A stretch of 64,000 nucleotides of DNA from the NCBI RefSeq assembly GCF_037042905.1, contig NC_087245.1:28646001-28710000 (forward strand), written 5' to 3'. A model generated the notes under the pieces. It was not told the DNA's origin. It searched no databases and worked only from the letters and a program-made list of their open reading frames with translations. Shown one piece after another: positions 24,101-35,463 of the stretch. The position numbers were made by a program, and so were the translations under genes. Positions within the stretch are counted from its first letter, which is position 1. Every line of letters starts with the position of its first letter. Source of the DNA: Lytechinus pictus (taxonomy: Eukaryota).

Positions 24101-27100
24101 TTAATCTGCTGATTATAATGGACTACGCTCTGTTATCTTAGTTTCTTGTCGACCCTCCTGTGCAACATTTGGTTTTACATACATGTATATATTCAGTTTG
24201 TGTTTATTCAATGTGATCTCTTTTTTTCAATTTCCGTTTCAAAGCATACATAATAAATGGAGTTTTCACAACGTATACAGAGGGTTCAGGAATACAGTAC
24301 ATGTATTGAGAATGCCCACCAAATGACAAAGAACAGCTGTCGAAAATAATGGTGAACCGGAGCAGCAGTTTCGCCCTCTGTTTCGGAGCTGACGAAAAAT
24401 TGCAAATAATATGTCGTTTGTCCAGAGTCCAGGACGAACTGCTGTTTTGAGTCACCAATTTTTGAAACAGAGTTCTTGGTTGCTCTTTGTCATCATTTTG
24501 GTGGGCATTTGACAATACATTTTCTCTGTTCTTGAGCCCACTGTACTTCGAGCAAAACCCTCATAATTATTATAAAACGGTCGTGATAAAATAAGTTGAG
24601 GATACTATTTATAGACAAAGTCACTCACTGCATCATGACCAATGGCAGCTTGTCCAATTATTGTTGACGCTGGTAATTTCTGTTTACTTTTATGTGTTCT
24701 ATTTACTTTTCCTTTTCTCCATTTTTTCTCCAAATTATTTCCTTTAGTTTTGTTTTTGGCGCCTTACTGAAAGTGGCTCGAGGGCGGAAATGAGCTCTTG
24801 CATCCACTAAACACGCCACAGACATTAGCTGATGATGAATTGTATTGGACTCAAATTATTACATTCTCGTCACAAAAGCATGTGCCTACTTTATTTTTTC
24901 CCCAAAGCTCTAAATGTTTCGAAGTTTTAAGTTTATTTCATTTCACAATCATTACAGAGCAGATTATTATAACTCAAACAAGGTGACAGTACAATCCGGA
25001 TTTGCAAAACAAAATTACCACATTAAGCGTACATCACTAAATATTGTGAGCGGAAAGAAGTGTAATAAAAGTGCATTTGTTTGTCTCTACAATTAAAGCT
25101 GAGGAAATTATATATGTTCTCTAAAAAATGACGAACATGGTGAAAGTTTCTCCAAATTCAGATACAAAGCAAGAGACATTCGATTGAGGATTAAAAACAA
25201 TAACCTCTCTGTGATTCTTTTTATTTCAGTGATCCGCTGTAGTAGTGCCACATCTCCCCAACACTGTTCGGTGAGCTGTTCAACGTCCAACTCGGTAGGG
25301 TCAGTCTGTACCTACCAATGTGCCACAGGACTTACTCTATCGGGCTCATCTCAACGTGTTTGTCAAGAGGTTAGCGGGAATGCAGCACAATGGACTGGCA
25401 CTCAACCAACGTGTACAGGTAATTTAGAAGTATTACATCAAACAACTTTTGCTTTGCCAGTGATTTTATCTGACGACAGATTTGCTATCATTCAATCAGA
25501 TGCAGGGAGTTCACAAGCTTGTCACTGGTCACAGTTGCCAGCGAAGATTATTTACAAATTCTTCTTGGAACACTTTCCTCAAGAATTGGAACATCTTTTA
25601 CTTTTACCAGAATGGATCAAATGTAGGCTTTATTTTTGTGTTTGTTACGAAAATCCATTTTACGCTTTTCATGAATTTCAGTCACGAGTATCCGAGATAA
25701 GGACTAATGAATTATGCTAAATTTTGAAAGGTCGTAATGCATTATAATGAAATGAATTATAATGCATTATAATAAAATTTTGAATAGTATTTGGGGTTAA
25801 TTCCTCAAGACCAACATTACCTTCCTCGTATATAGAGATATGTTTGAAAGCTTATCATCATGACGTATTTGTGCTTGTGATTCTCTTGTAGATGATTACG
25901 CACCAACGGTGACGCGCTGTCCATCTTCATTTGTCGCCAATCGGACTGAGCACTGGGGTGTAGAAGTCACATTTACAGAACCAACTGCCACAGACAACTT
26001 CGACCAGACGCTACAGACATGGACAGTTCCTGCGGACCTCACATCTCCTTACATCTTCACTGCTGATACTGCTTGCGAGTATCACTTCCAGGATGACGCC
26101 GGAAATTCTGTTGCGTGTACTTTTGATGTCGAGATACACGGTAACACGTTTTTGCTGTTCTCGGATGATTGCAAGTTATTGTATGTTAAGAAAATAAAGC
26201 ACCAGTTCCTATTAAGATTGGTTAAGATCTTACGAATATTCTTTCGTAAAACTGCAGGCAGTCTGATAGCACAAAATATTTCCAGTAAATGAATCAAATA
26301 ATAGTGTCCATGCTTTCCTTTCAATCTGCATGGTAGATACGGTCGTGCCAGAATTTTTGACCTGTCCATCCAGCCAAAATCTGCGATCAAGCACGGATAT
26401 GACCTTGGTGACTTGGGATGAACCAGCGTGTAGGGAAATCCCCGGTGATGAGGTGCGACTTGTTTGTAACTTTGGTAGTAACAGCGTCATATTACCATGG
26501 GGAAATAATCACGTGATCTACAACGCAACGAACATGAAAAATGGACTCAGTGAGATTTGCGACTTTTATGTCAATATCGAACGTAAGCATTATATATATT
26601 TTCTTTGATCAATGATGTATATCTATAAGTTATTGAAGGGTGTTTCAATTCTATGTCCAACTTTAACCCTTTGCGTGCGACGGGCTTCCACAGAAGCCCA
26701 GCGAGTCATTCACTTAGCTACGACGGGCTTCTACAGAAGCCGAGAAATGTTTGGTTTAATTCAATGAAGTTTTTCAGCTTTTTCGTAATTGTTATGTACT
26801 AAAACCTCTGCCACTATTTACTTTATAAACCTATTTCGATAACAGATTGAAAAAAATATACAGCTACGTGGGGAAAAATCCCGAAAATAGGAAATCATTT
26901 CAACTTAAACCGATTTTTTCGTTGGAGTCGGACGGGAAGGATAAATTTTGTGACGAGCACGTACGCGCGCGCATAAGGCCTGATCACGTGATTTTTTCCG
27001 ATCAGGTGATTTGATCCATATCGTTGTTCTGATAAATATACGTTAACATCTTTTCTGCAAGATCGTCACGTAATAAGCTACGCGGTTATTTAACCATTTT

Positions 27101-30100
27101 CGTCTTATTTGTTTAATCAAGAAGATATCACTCTATATAGAATGATATCTCCTTGGTTTCATCGATTGATTGCATTTTCAGAAAAGCAAAAAGCTTGTAA
27201 TGTCTTAGTACTTTGAGCTGATCTCGGTGCACTTTTGAACTTTTTCCCTCCCCATCATCCCTCTTCTTCTCATTTTTTGTCTACTATTATGAAAAAAAGA
27301 GAAAAGAAAGCAGTTTAGCACACCATTCATCTTCTGCTCTTTTCAAAAGGGGAACGTCCATGTAGTTCATGATATCGGCACTACCCGAACAAAAGAATGT
27401 CTGGGCGGCCACTCAAGCAAATTCCTTCCGAAAAGAGCAGGATACAGATGGTCAACGCCCCGAACAAAAGGAAGATTAGTGTTTATCGGCAGGATGACCC
27501 ATTGAACGCTTTTCGTACTTATAGAAATACAAAAAGCTTTTATGAATCTTTTTTTTTTCGACCAACATACCGTATCTACAAAAAAAAGGTCTCGTTTACC
27601 GACAACACAGGTGCTTATGACATCCGTCAGTGATTCATATTGCATAAAGGCGCTTCCCCTGGGTGATGATGCATATAAGGATGAACGAATAATTATTTAG
27701 GGAAAAAAAAAATATGTTCAAATGTCAGGGATAGCGAGAGAGAATGAGATACAGTGATAAAAGGGGGAACAGACAAGTGCACTTTTGCTAAAATTCCATG
27801 CATGAATATCTACTTAAACGAATTACAACATGACTTTATTTTTTGGTTAGATTACTTTGAAAAATCCCACAACGTTTATTTGTTGCAACTCGGTCCTCAG
27901 ACCCTTGCCAAACTGATGACAGTTTATCATTGTTCTTGTTTGACCCCCCCCCCCCTCCCCCCGATCTACTTAAACGAATTACAACATGACTTTATTTTTT
28001 GGTTAGATTACTTTGAAAAATCCCACAACGTTTATTTGTTGCAACTCGGTCCTCAGACCCTTGCCAAACTGATGGCTGTTTATCATTGTTCTTGTTTGAC
28101 CCCCCCCCCCCCTCCCCCCGATGGAAATGTTCTGACCTACACTCTAATATATATTGCTTGTTTGTCTCCTCTCTCCGATTTTCTGTTTTTTAATTGCGAG
28201 TAACGCGGTGGAAAAGATAAGAATAAAGACCGTCCTGGCCCCTTTTATCCCTGTTACGACCCCCCCCAAAAAAAAATCGCATTTGGGGCGCTTACCATGG
28301 TTTGCATCTAAACCAAAATGTTTGGAAAAAGATGTTATACAGGGACAGCAATGTTTTTTTATGGTACAGGGGTTGAGCTGTGGGACGGGGATGAAGCGGC
28401 TAAAATATTACAATTTGCTAATTCATATCATTTTACAGAATGAATTTATAATAGGTTAGGGTTTAGAAGCTCTTCATCTTATTTCCGTTTCTCTCCCAGA
28501 TGAAAACTTTTGCATTGAAAAGTTGACGGAAACATAATCACTTCAAATGATAAAACCAATAATGAACTAAAAGTTTCCTCGCGCGAACTTGGAGGAAATA
28601 GAATGATACAGGATGAGAAATTACGCTAAGGCACCCCCTACAAAGAAAACACGTTTGTCTGGCGTGTCACCCGATAGAACCCTCTCAATCCTACAAACTT
28701 TTATTCATGTGTAACCTACACCCCCCCCCCAAAAAAAAAAAAAAAAATTGATACCGACCCAAATTTTATTGAATTTCCTACTTTTTTGCCAATTTCTTTC
28801 TCCCTTTTTTTTACCGGCGAATAGCGTGGTAGAAAAGATTCATAGAGGGAAAAAATTGTTTTCGTTACTGAATGTGGTAGGGAGTGGACCGGCCGAAAAA
28901 AAAATCAGAAATTTATATAGACTTCGGATTTTTTTTTACATGTTTGCTGCAAGGGGTGAGCACTGAAAATACCTACCAACTCCGCCGCCTCTGTACTATT
29001 AGATTGAACGATTAAAACGATAGAGACAAAAATGAATTATAACTATTGTGAATGTTTTTTTTTTAATGATTTATTTTCGGTTGTGAAATCAAGGAGACAA
29101 TAAAACAGAACGAAGGAGACAATCGAAAAAAACGAAAGAACAAACAAAAAACACTTGTGATTGCGGATGCTATAATTTATTCAAGAAAAAAAATACTTTT
29201 TGTTACTTTCAGTAATTGCTTGGCTCTTTTTGAGGGAATAGTAAGATAAAGAAAGAAACGTAGAAAGTGACAAGAAGAGAGTTGGGAGGTATGATTTCAG
29301 ACTTACAATTTTAGTCACTTTTATTCTTTTAACTCTTTGAAATAATTTCAGGATATTACAAATCGAATACCGATGCACAAACTTCAGGAACAAGATTATT
29401 TCATTATTATTATAATATCTGCGTGGGAAATCGAATTAAATGAGACATATAATTTATGAAAAAATCTAAAAAAGAAAATTACTTTTAGTGAAAGATTGAG
29501 GCCTCTGTCTTGCCATAAACCTAAGCCCCAAGTTCACAAAAAATAGTTTAGTCGTGCATTTTTATACGATGATGATGATCATCATCATCATATTGTCTTT
29601 TGCGAAAGATATCTACCCACGTTATCAATATAGAAAATGGAAGATGATATAGAAATTATTGTGAAATGACAGTGACAATAGTAATTTTAAAAGGTTTTTC
29701 GGGACATTATTTGAGAAACAGGGGGGAAAAACACCAACATTTTTGACATGATGACCACGATGCAATAGGACGAGAGGCCCAAAAATGCAACCATCTCCGA
29801 TCAATACAAGTTGCCAAAAAACGAGGCATTCTCTCGGAACCGTTTCCGATTAAGAGAGAGAGAGAGAGGGGGGGAGACGTTAGATGTAATGTAAAATGAC
29901 AGGTACTGAGAAGAAAAATCAGAAAGGATTGAGGGGATGGGGGCAGGTATATACCTCGTAATCCAAATCGGGAAGAAAGAAGACGATACAGATATAATTT
30001 AAATGAGAAGAACTTAGAGAAAAAAGGTGAAGAAGGGAGGGGATAAAGAAAGACGATAGATATAAAGGGAATGAAAGCGGTAGATAACACATTCAGTTAC

Positions 30101-32439
30101 AGGTTAGAAACCAGGGAAAAGGGAAAACGAGGAAATCCTTAATTGGTACCGTTTTATAAATACATTATACATGCACATTTTATATTGAAAAATGCGCAAT
30201 AATTAAACAAAAATTTACCATCCGCCAGTCAAATAGAATGGTTTCAGTAGCTTTCAAGTGCTATTGAAAATTTGTAAACAAATTTTATGTAATACGAGCC
30301 CCTGGAAAACTTTTGAACCCACACCCCCCGCTTTCTCTCGTTCTCTCATCCAATATTGCTCTTATTTTTGTCCTCTATTTCAAAGGAAACAAAATAAAGA
30401 ATTAATAACACCGTTTATCCTCTGCTCTTTTAAAAATGAACAAAAGAAAGTCATGGCGGACGCTCAAACAAATTCCATATAAAAAGAGCAGGGGACAAAT
30501 AGCCAACGCCCTGAATAAAAGGAAGATTAGTGTATTTCGTCAGGATGACCTAGTAAATGCTTCTCGTATTTAGCGATACAAAAAGGTCTTAGGAATACTG
30601 CTTTTTATATTACGATAGTAACAATAAAAAAGTAAATGTTTACTTATTTAAAACATGCAGGCGCTTAAGACATGCCAAGAACATTTTCTTGAGCATGACA
30701 GTGCTTTCTTCACAAAAAATACAATTTTCCCCTGGGTGATGATACCCATAGGGATGGAAGAAGATGCAAATGAGATTTTAAAAAAGAATAGAAAATGCAA
30801 ATCGAGATACATGTATAGGAGAATGATAAATCGACAGAAAGAATGGAAGGGGAAAAAGAGGAAATAGACCAAAAAGGTATAATATAAACCATAATGTGCG
30901 CTTTTGCTATTGCATAAGTATTTACTTATAAAGAATTAGAATACTATAGTCCCCCACCTCAATTTGAAATTCACGTCATTTTATAGAATGAATTTGTCAG
31001 AATTTGTTAGGTTTTGGAAGCTCTTCATCTCATTCTCTCTTTCTCTCCCATGTGAAAATTTTTGCACTGAAAATTCGACAAAAGCATAATCAGTTCAAAC
31101 GCTAAAACTAACAATGAACTAAAAGTTTATGCTACAATTTCAATAGATAATAAAATTTACTTTCTCTCATTGTGACGAACAGTAATCGGTAGCATCGTTA
31201 TTTTGGAGGGAAAAGGGAGATAGAAAAATGAAACGTAGAACGAGACGAGGAGAGCGTTGGGAGGTGTGATTTCAGATTTGAGTCACATTTACCCCCTTCG
31301 CTCTTTGAAATTGCAACAGGAAAACCAATCGAACACTGGTATGCAATCTTCAGGAACAAAATCATTTTTTATTACAAACTATAATTTATGAAAAGAAGAA
31401 ACCAAGGGCGATTTTTAGTGAAACATTGAGGCCACCGTCTTGAAGCCCAGAAGCCAAAAATCACAATATAGTTTCGGACTTTCGTTGCGCAGCATCATCA
31501 TCGTACTTGCAAGGGAATATATTCACCATTTTTTATTCATTCTGGAAAATAAAGGTATTTGGTATGCTGTGATTTCACCCAAAATGGATTATCGTCGTAA
31601 TTATACACTTTGCAAATGATCTGAATACAGGGAGGTAAAGAAACCATTCATGAGTAGCGTGACAATAGGCAATGAAAAAAGCACTAGAGCAGACAACAAA
31701 GCGGTATTGATCGAACCCGACTTGTCCGCGCGTGCTGATTACCCTTACGCAATTTTGTACACAGTGCCTATTGACTTGGGGAAAAAATGAAGATTTTAAA
31801 AAATAACACGACTTTTTCCTCGTAAATTTCTTAACTATTCTGTTGATTTGAGAGGCGAGACCTTTAATTCTAGAAAGAAAAATGTCTGATCTTTCATCTT
31901 TACATTTACTAAAAATCCTGAAAATACTTCAGTTTGGCGCAATTAGCAATAGATCAGGAAAACACTGCCACAGATCCAAATATCAGCAATGTACAAAAAC
32001 GGCTCCGCCGCAGGGAGAGGTATCCGGTTTCGCGGGCCCGCACGCAAAGGGTTAAAGAGCAAGTGTTTTTTTATTTCTCTAAAGTATGAAATTCAGACGC
32101 CAGTGTAAACTTTTTAACAATATGTTAACTTGCACTGAGCTGCATGATAGATTTGAAATATGGACAGGAAAATCTGATATGGTATGAAGTTTTGTTTTCA
32201 AAGTATCATACTTGCATTTTTTTTGTTTTTGATATAAAGAACAAATTGGTTCATGTTAATAATGGTAAGGGCAAGAAACCGTAAATGGCATACTCATGCA
32301 GTGGCGTACCTGGGATTTTACACAGGGGGGGGGGGGGGGGGCAAAACCGTCCGCCCAAAAATTTGACAAGCCAAAAAAAAAAAAAAAAAAAGGTCTTCAA
32401 TCACAAATGAAGGATTTCGTACCAGAAAATAATTTGACA

Positions 32440-32477
<38 letters not shown>

Positions 32478-35164
32478 TTAAGGATTTCGTACCAGAATTT
32501 TTTTTTGTCAAGCCAGGGATACGTCCTTTGCATGGGTTGTGGCTCGTCAGGGGGGCAGACTGCCCCCTCTGACCCCCCCCGTAGGTACGCTAGTGTACTC
32601 ATGGGTCTGTATTTCTGGTAATCAATCATCATGTCTGATTTCAGGAGGGCCCTGGGTTAGCAATCACTACGGTCAATGATTTTAAGCATACTTACTCTCT
32701 CCAATCCAGCGATGCCATGCATGAAGTTACGTTCGCCGTCACACGGCGCCATGTCTTGTGATACCTGGGCCTATGGTCGATACTGTAGTATGTCCTGCAA
32801 TGAAAATTATGACATCCCTCCTCCTAGCCCGTTCCAACCCGTTGCCGATGTGTTCACATGCGGCTCATCTGGACAGTGGAGTCCTACTTTCTATGTGCCT
32901 GACTGTTCACGTAAGTACAGAATGAGATATACATGTAGCCAATAAACTTTAAGGTTCCTTAACTCATCTAGGCCAATGATGGTCAGGAAAATAATACAAA
33001 GAAGAATGCACAGGATAACCCTAATTTATTCACAAATTGGCCTACAGCATACATCATTTTTTAAAGTGATTGCTAGGTGTAACTTTACATAGGCCTATAT
33101 TCTGTATACGCTCATAAAGTCTTTCTTGTTGTTCAATTTCCGGGGAAGGTCTTCTAGCAAAAGTCCTCACCGGAAAGTCAGCAAATGAAAACAATTTCCA
33201 ATTTCTTGCTAATAATTTACTACTTAATAAAACAATTAATAATTCCTTCATGTTCTGTTTGTAACTAGAATTACGAGACCCGACCAAGATCAACCTTCCA
33301 ACAGATCTGCTCTACTACAGTGGCCACTGCGGTAGTCCAGATGCATTGACTGATATTGCACAGTCTTTCATAGAGACAATCGAGAAATCCATCCACAGCG
33401 GTATCTGCAAAACCAACGGAGACTGTACTGTCGACAATGTCGCAATAACATGTGGCTTCCCGACCCGTCGTAGAAGAAAACGTGCCCTGGTCAGAACTCT
33501 AAGATCCAGTGCTACAGGGTTGTCTGTTGATAACAACGATCATGCCGATAGTACTACTTATGACATCGAGGGAAGACTTGGCGAAGGGCTGCAGGAGATT
33601 CGCATTTCGATGAACCTAGGAGTTGGTGTCGGCCTTTCTAAAGCAGACTCCGCGTCCGTGAAGGAGGCACAGGAGAAGCTTGAGAATCTGGCCAGAGAAG
33701 TGTTGGACATTGCAGTATCCGGAAATAACGAGATTTTCAATATCTTGGGGGCATCTCATGATGATACTGAAGATTCCGCAACCGAAGCCTACCTTTTCAT
33801 GAATGATCACTATATAGATTGTCCTGATGGTTACGTCGCTGGTCGCAACAACACCACATGTGGTAAGCAGATGGAATGTAGGTGGTAGGCCTACTGGTAA
33901 AGGTACCAAGGTTTTACAATATGCTTTAGTGTATATTATGCGTACGGGTGTGTGTGCGTTTATGGGGTGGGTGAGCGTGTGTGTGTGGGGGGGGGGGGGT
34001 GCGGGGAAGTGGGTGCGGGAGCGTTACGAAAAAAGGGGGTTAGTGCATTGAGTTACCAATGGTTACGGTGAGCAAGGATGTGAGGGTGTGTGTGTGCGTG
34101 TGTGTGTGTGAGAGAGAGAAAGAAGGGGGAGGGTAATTTGGCCCATTTTGTTTGACATGACAATCTGTTACTTAATTTCCTACTATTTTCTCCAATTTAT
34201 CATGTCTATATATAGTCGCTTGTACAACTGGTCACTACTATGATACCAAATCCATGGCATGTCACCAATGTGGATATGGATTCTATCAAGACGAGTATGG
34301 TCAGGTGACATGCAAGTCCTGTGACCTTGGTCAGTCTACTCGAAACAAGGGCAGTCCCAGCAAGACTGATTGTGAAGGTGAGTATTGCATGGGAGTATCA
34401 TTAGAAATGTAAGAGCCCGTATGTTCTGGTCTAAAGTTGTGGTTTAACAATATGGAATTAAAATGTGAGATAAATCTCTGACAGTACATATTCAATGTAT
34501 CAGCTCATTTTACTCTGAAATCATTCTCAACTGTCTACGAAGGATAAATAAGATAGCTGTCTTCACCATTACAGAACTATTTGAGTTAAACAGTGGTCTC
34601 AGACTCTAAGTTAAACCCGACTCGACGAGATGAATTCTGGGGACCGTTTCGTATAAACATTTTGTTTGACAAGTTGTAAAAGGAGTATTATGTCAGTTGA
34701 TTCTGATTGGCTATGAAGCCATATTAAGTAGACATTGCTGGATAAACAATCGACAAACCTTTTCATGAAACGCTCCTTTCCTCCGGCCATATAAAGTTCA
34801 GTTAAGAAATTAGACCTAAGTTTATATCTATGTCAATATGAATGTCTGTTACTGGCCTACCAATAACAAAACTGACAAAATTATTTCAATGGATTTTCCT
34901 TTTAATGTTGTGTATTGATTGTAAGATGAATTAACACATTCATCGGTTGGATGTTTCGTCTAATGCAGATCATTTTATTCATTATGTTATACAGATCAAT
35001 GCGAAGCGGGTCAATTTTCAACATCAGGGTTATACCCTTGTATCCAATGCCCATTAAACACGTTTCAGCCGCTGAATGGTCAGACGATGTGCTTCGAATG
35101 CCCGGATGTAAAGAAGACGTGGAATAGAGGAGCTTCTGATGTAGACCAATGTCTTCACATCTAA
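18079..35164 (+). CDS. Secreted HYR/Sushi(CCP)/GCC2-GCC3 multidomain protein (SVEP1/hyalin-like modules), 11 exons, 724 aa
   Basis: join(18079-18136,18283-18348,22281-22404,23488-23603,25230-25418,25892-26140,26337-26582,32710-32910,33269-33862,34216-34377,34995-35164) = 2175 nt. All introns are GT-AG, phases are consistent and there are no internal stops. Confidence 0.85.
18283..18348 (+). CDS. HYR/Sushi gene exon 2: DAARRRRRRRRSDPPPPPSPSP
   Basis: TTTCAG acceptor, GTAAGT donor, 66 nt, phase 1-1. Confidence 0.78.
18568..19445. mobile_element. Composite non-autonomous TIR element with CGCGCTTCGCGCTCGC motifs
   Basis: Ends CATGGACCTGGGAA / TTCCCAGGGCCCTG. Its internal segment (~19260-19392) is the reverse complement of the left part of the 41903-44265 element. 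No clean TSD. Confidence 0.55.
19194..20113 (+). repeat. Near-identical ~460-bp tandem duplication
   Basis: Copies 19194-19652 and 19656-20113 are separated by CAG. The only difference I see is one C in a homopolymer. Confidence 0.92.
20725..22200. mobile_element. Degenerate fold-back element (arms ~20725-21100 / ~21965-22200) with a nested MITE
   Basis: cgcataatcattatattatgactggaaag...gataccatatttatgg is mirrored at 22070-22165. gcagtgatgtaaattttgatt is mirrored at ~22033-22053. Confidence 0.65.
20855..21002. mobile_element. ~150-bp Harbinger/PIF-like MITE
   Basis: TIR GGGGCCCGTTGCAGAAAGAG / CTCTTTCTGCAACGGGCCCC in a CTG/CAG context. A second copy lies at 61601-61750. Confidence 0.75.
22281..22404 (+). 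CDS. HYR/Sushi gene exon 3: HYR domain 1, N-half
   Basis: NTPPRFNNCPQTLPVQYTTTATAVVIWVEPTCTDYESSCTV. AG/GT boundaries. Confidence 0.85.
22803..23354. mobile_element. hAT-like MITE containing a nested Harbinger-like MITE (~23045-23315)
   Basis: CAGTGCCGTA / TAACGCCACTG ends, with TSD TTTTAAAA/GTTTAAAA (7/8). Nested TIRs CCCCGTCTTACAAAG / CTTTGTAAGACGGGG. Confidence 0.65.
23488..23603 (+). CDS. HYR/Sushi gene exon 4: HYR domain 1, C-half
   Basis: RSGHPPGHSFGEGTHSIAYTAIDTGGLSTSCAVSFTVS matches the HYR pattern FxxGxxxVxYTAxDxxGxxxxCxFxVTV. Confidence 0.88.
25230..25418 (+). CDS. HYR/Sushi gene exon 5: Sushi/CCP domain
   Basis: VIRC...GSVCTYQCATGLTLSGSSQRVC...WTGTQPTC, phase 1-1. Confidence 0.9.
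25892..26140 (+). CDS. HYR/Sushi gene exon 6: HYR domain 2
   Basis: DDYAPTVTRCPS...VTFTEPTATDN...DDAGNSVACTFDVEI, phase 1-1. Confidence 0.9.
26337..26582 (+). CDS. HYR/Sushi gene exon 7: HYR domain 3
   Basis: DTVVPEFLTCPSS...VTWDEP...WGNNHVIYNATN...CDFYVNI, phase 1-1. Confidence 0.9.
26667..32051. mobile_element. 5.4-kb non-autonomous piggyBac-type element in intron 7
   Basis: TTAA|CCCTTTGCGTGCG ... CGCACGCAAAGGG|TTAA (perfect 13-bp TIR). Subterminal direct repeat GACGGGCTT(C/CT)ACAGAAGCC x2. No transposase ORF. Internal direct duplications. Confidence 0.88.
32299..32595. mobile_element. hAT-like MITE, perfect 8-bp TSD
   Basis: TACTCATG at 32291-32298 and 32596-32603. Ends CAGTGGCGTACC / GGTACGCTAGTG. 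Confidence 0.85.
32710..32910 (+). CDS. HYR/Sushi gene exon 8: Sushi/CCP domain
   Basis: PMPCMKLRSPSHGAMSC...CSMSCNENY...FTCGSSGQWSP...PDCS, phase 1-1. Confidence 0.9.
33269..33862 (+). CDS. HYR/Sushi gene exon 9: linker domain with polybasic RRRRKR site
   Basis: 594-nt open exon overlapping ORF 33346..33888. YYSGHC...NVAITCGFPTRRRRKR...CPDGYV. Confidence 0.88.
34216..34377 (+). CDS. HYR/Sushi gene exon 10: GCC2/GCC3 (ephrin-receptor-like) Cys-rich repeat
   Basis: VACTTGHYYDTKSMACHQCGYGFYQDEYGQVTCKSCDLGQSTRNKGSPSKTDCE. Confidence 0.9.
34995..35164 (+). CDS. HYR/Sushi gene exon 11: GCC2/GCC3 repeat and stop codon
   Basis: DQCEAGQFSTSGLYPCIQCPLNTFQPLNGQTMCFECPDVKKTWNRGASDVDQCLHI*. Confidence 0.9.
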
Positions 35165-35463
35165 CCCTGATCACGTGACAGCATTGCTATGTAGAGACCT
35201 TTGCTGGCGACGCAGTTTCCGTTCAAAGAAAATGTATCCCTGGTGGAAATTCAACTTTTACTTGAAATTGAGGATAGATTAAAGAAATATGAAAACAGTC
35301 CAACGAAAATAGTTTATGAAATGGGAGATTTATGAAAGCGCGATAAGTCTCAATTTACTTCGTATGGCGATTCTTAAATTGGCAATGTTGCTTCAAAGTG
35401 ATAGGTTAAGTAGTACAGCTCTTCATGTTTTGAACACAGTCATATTTCCTAATTGCTTCTGAT

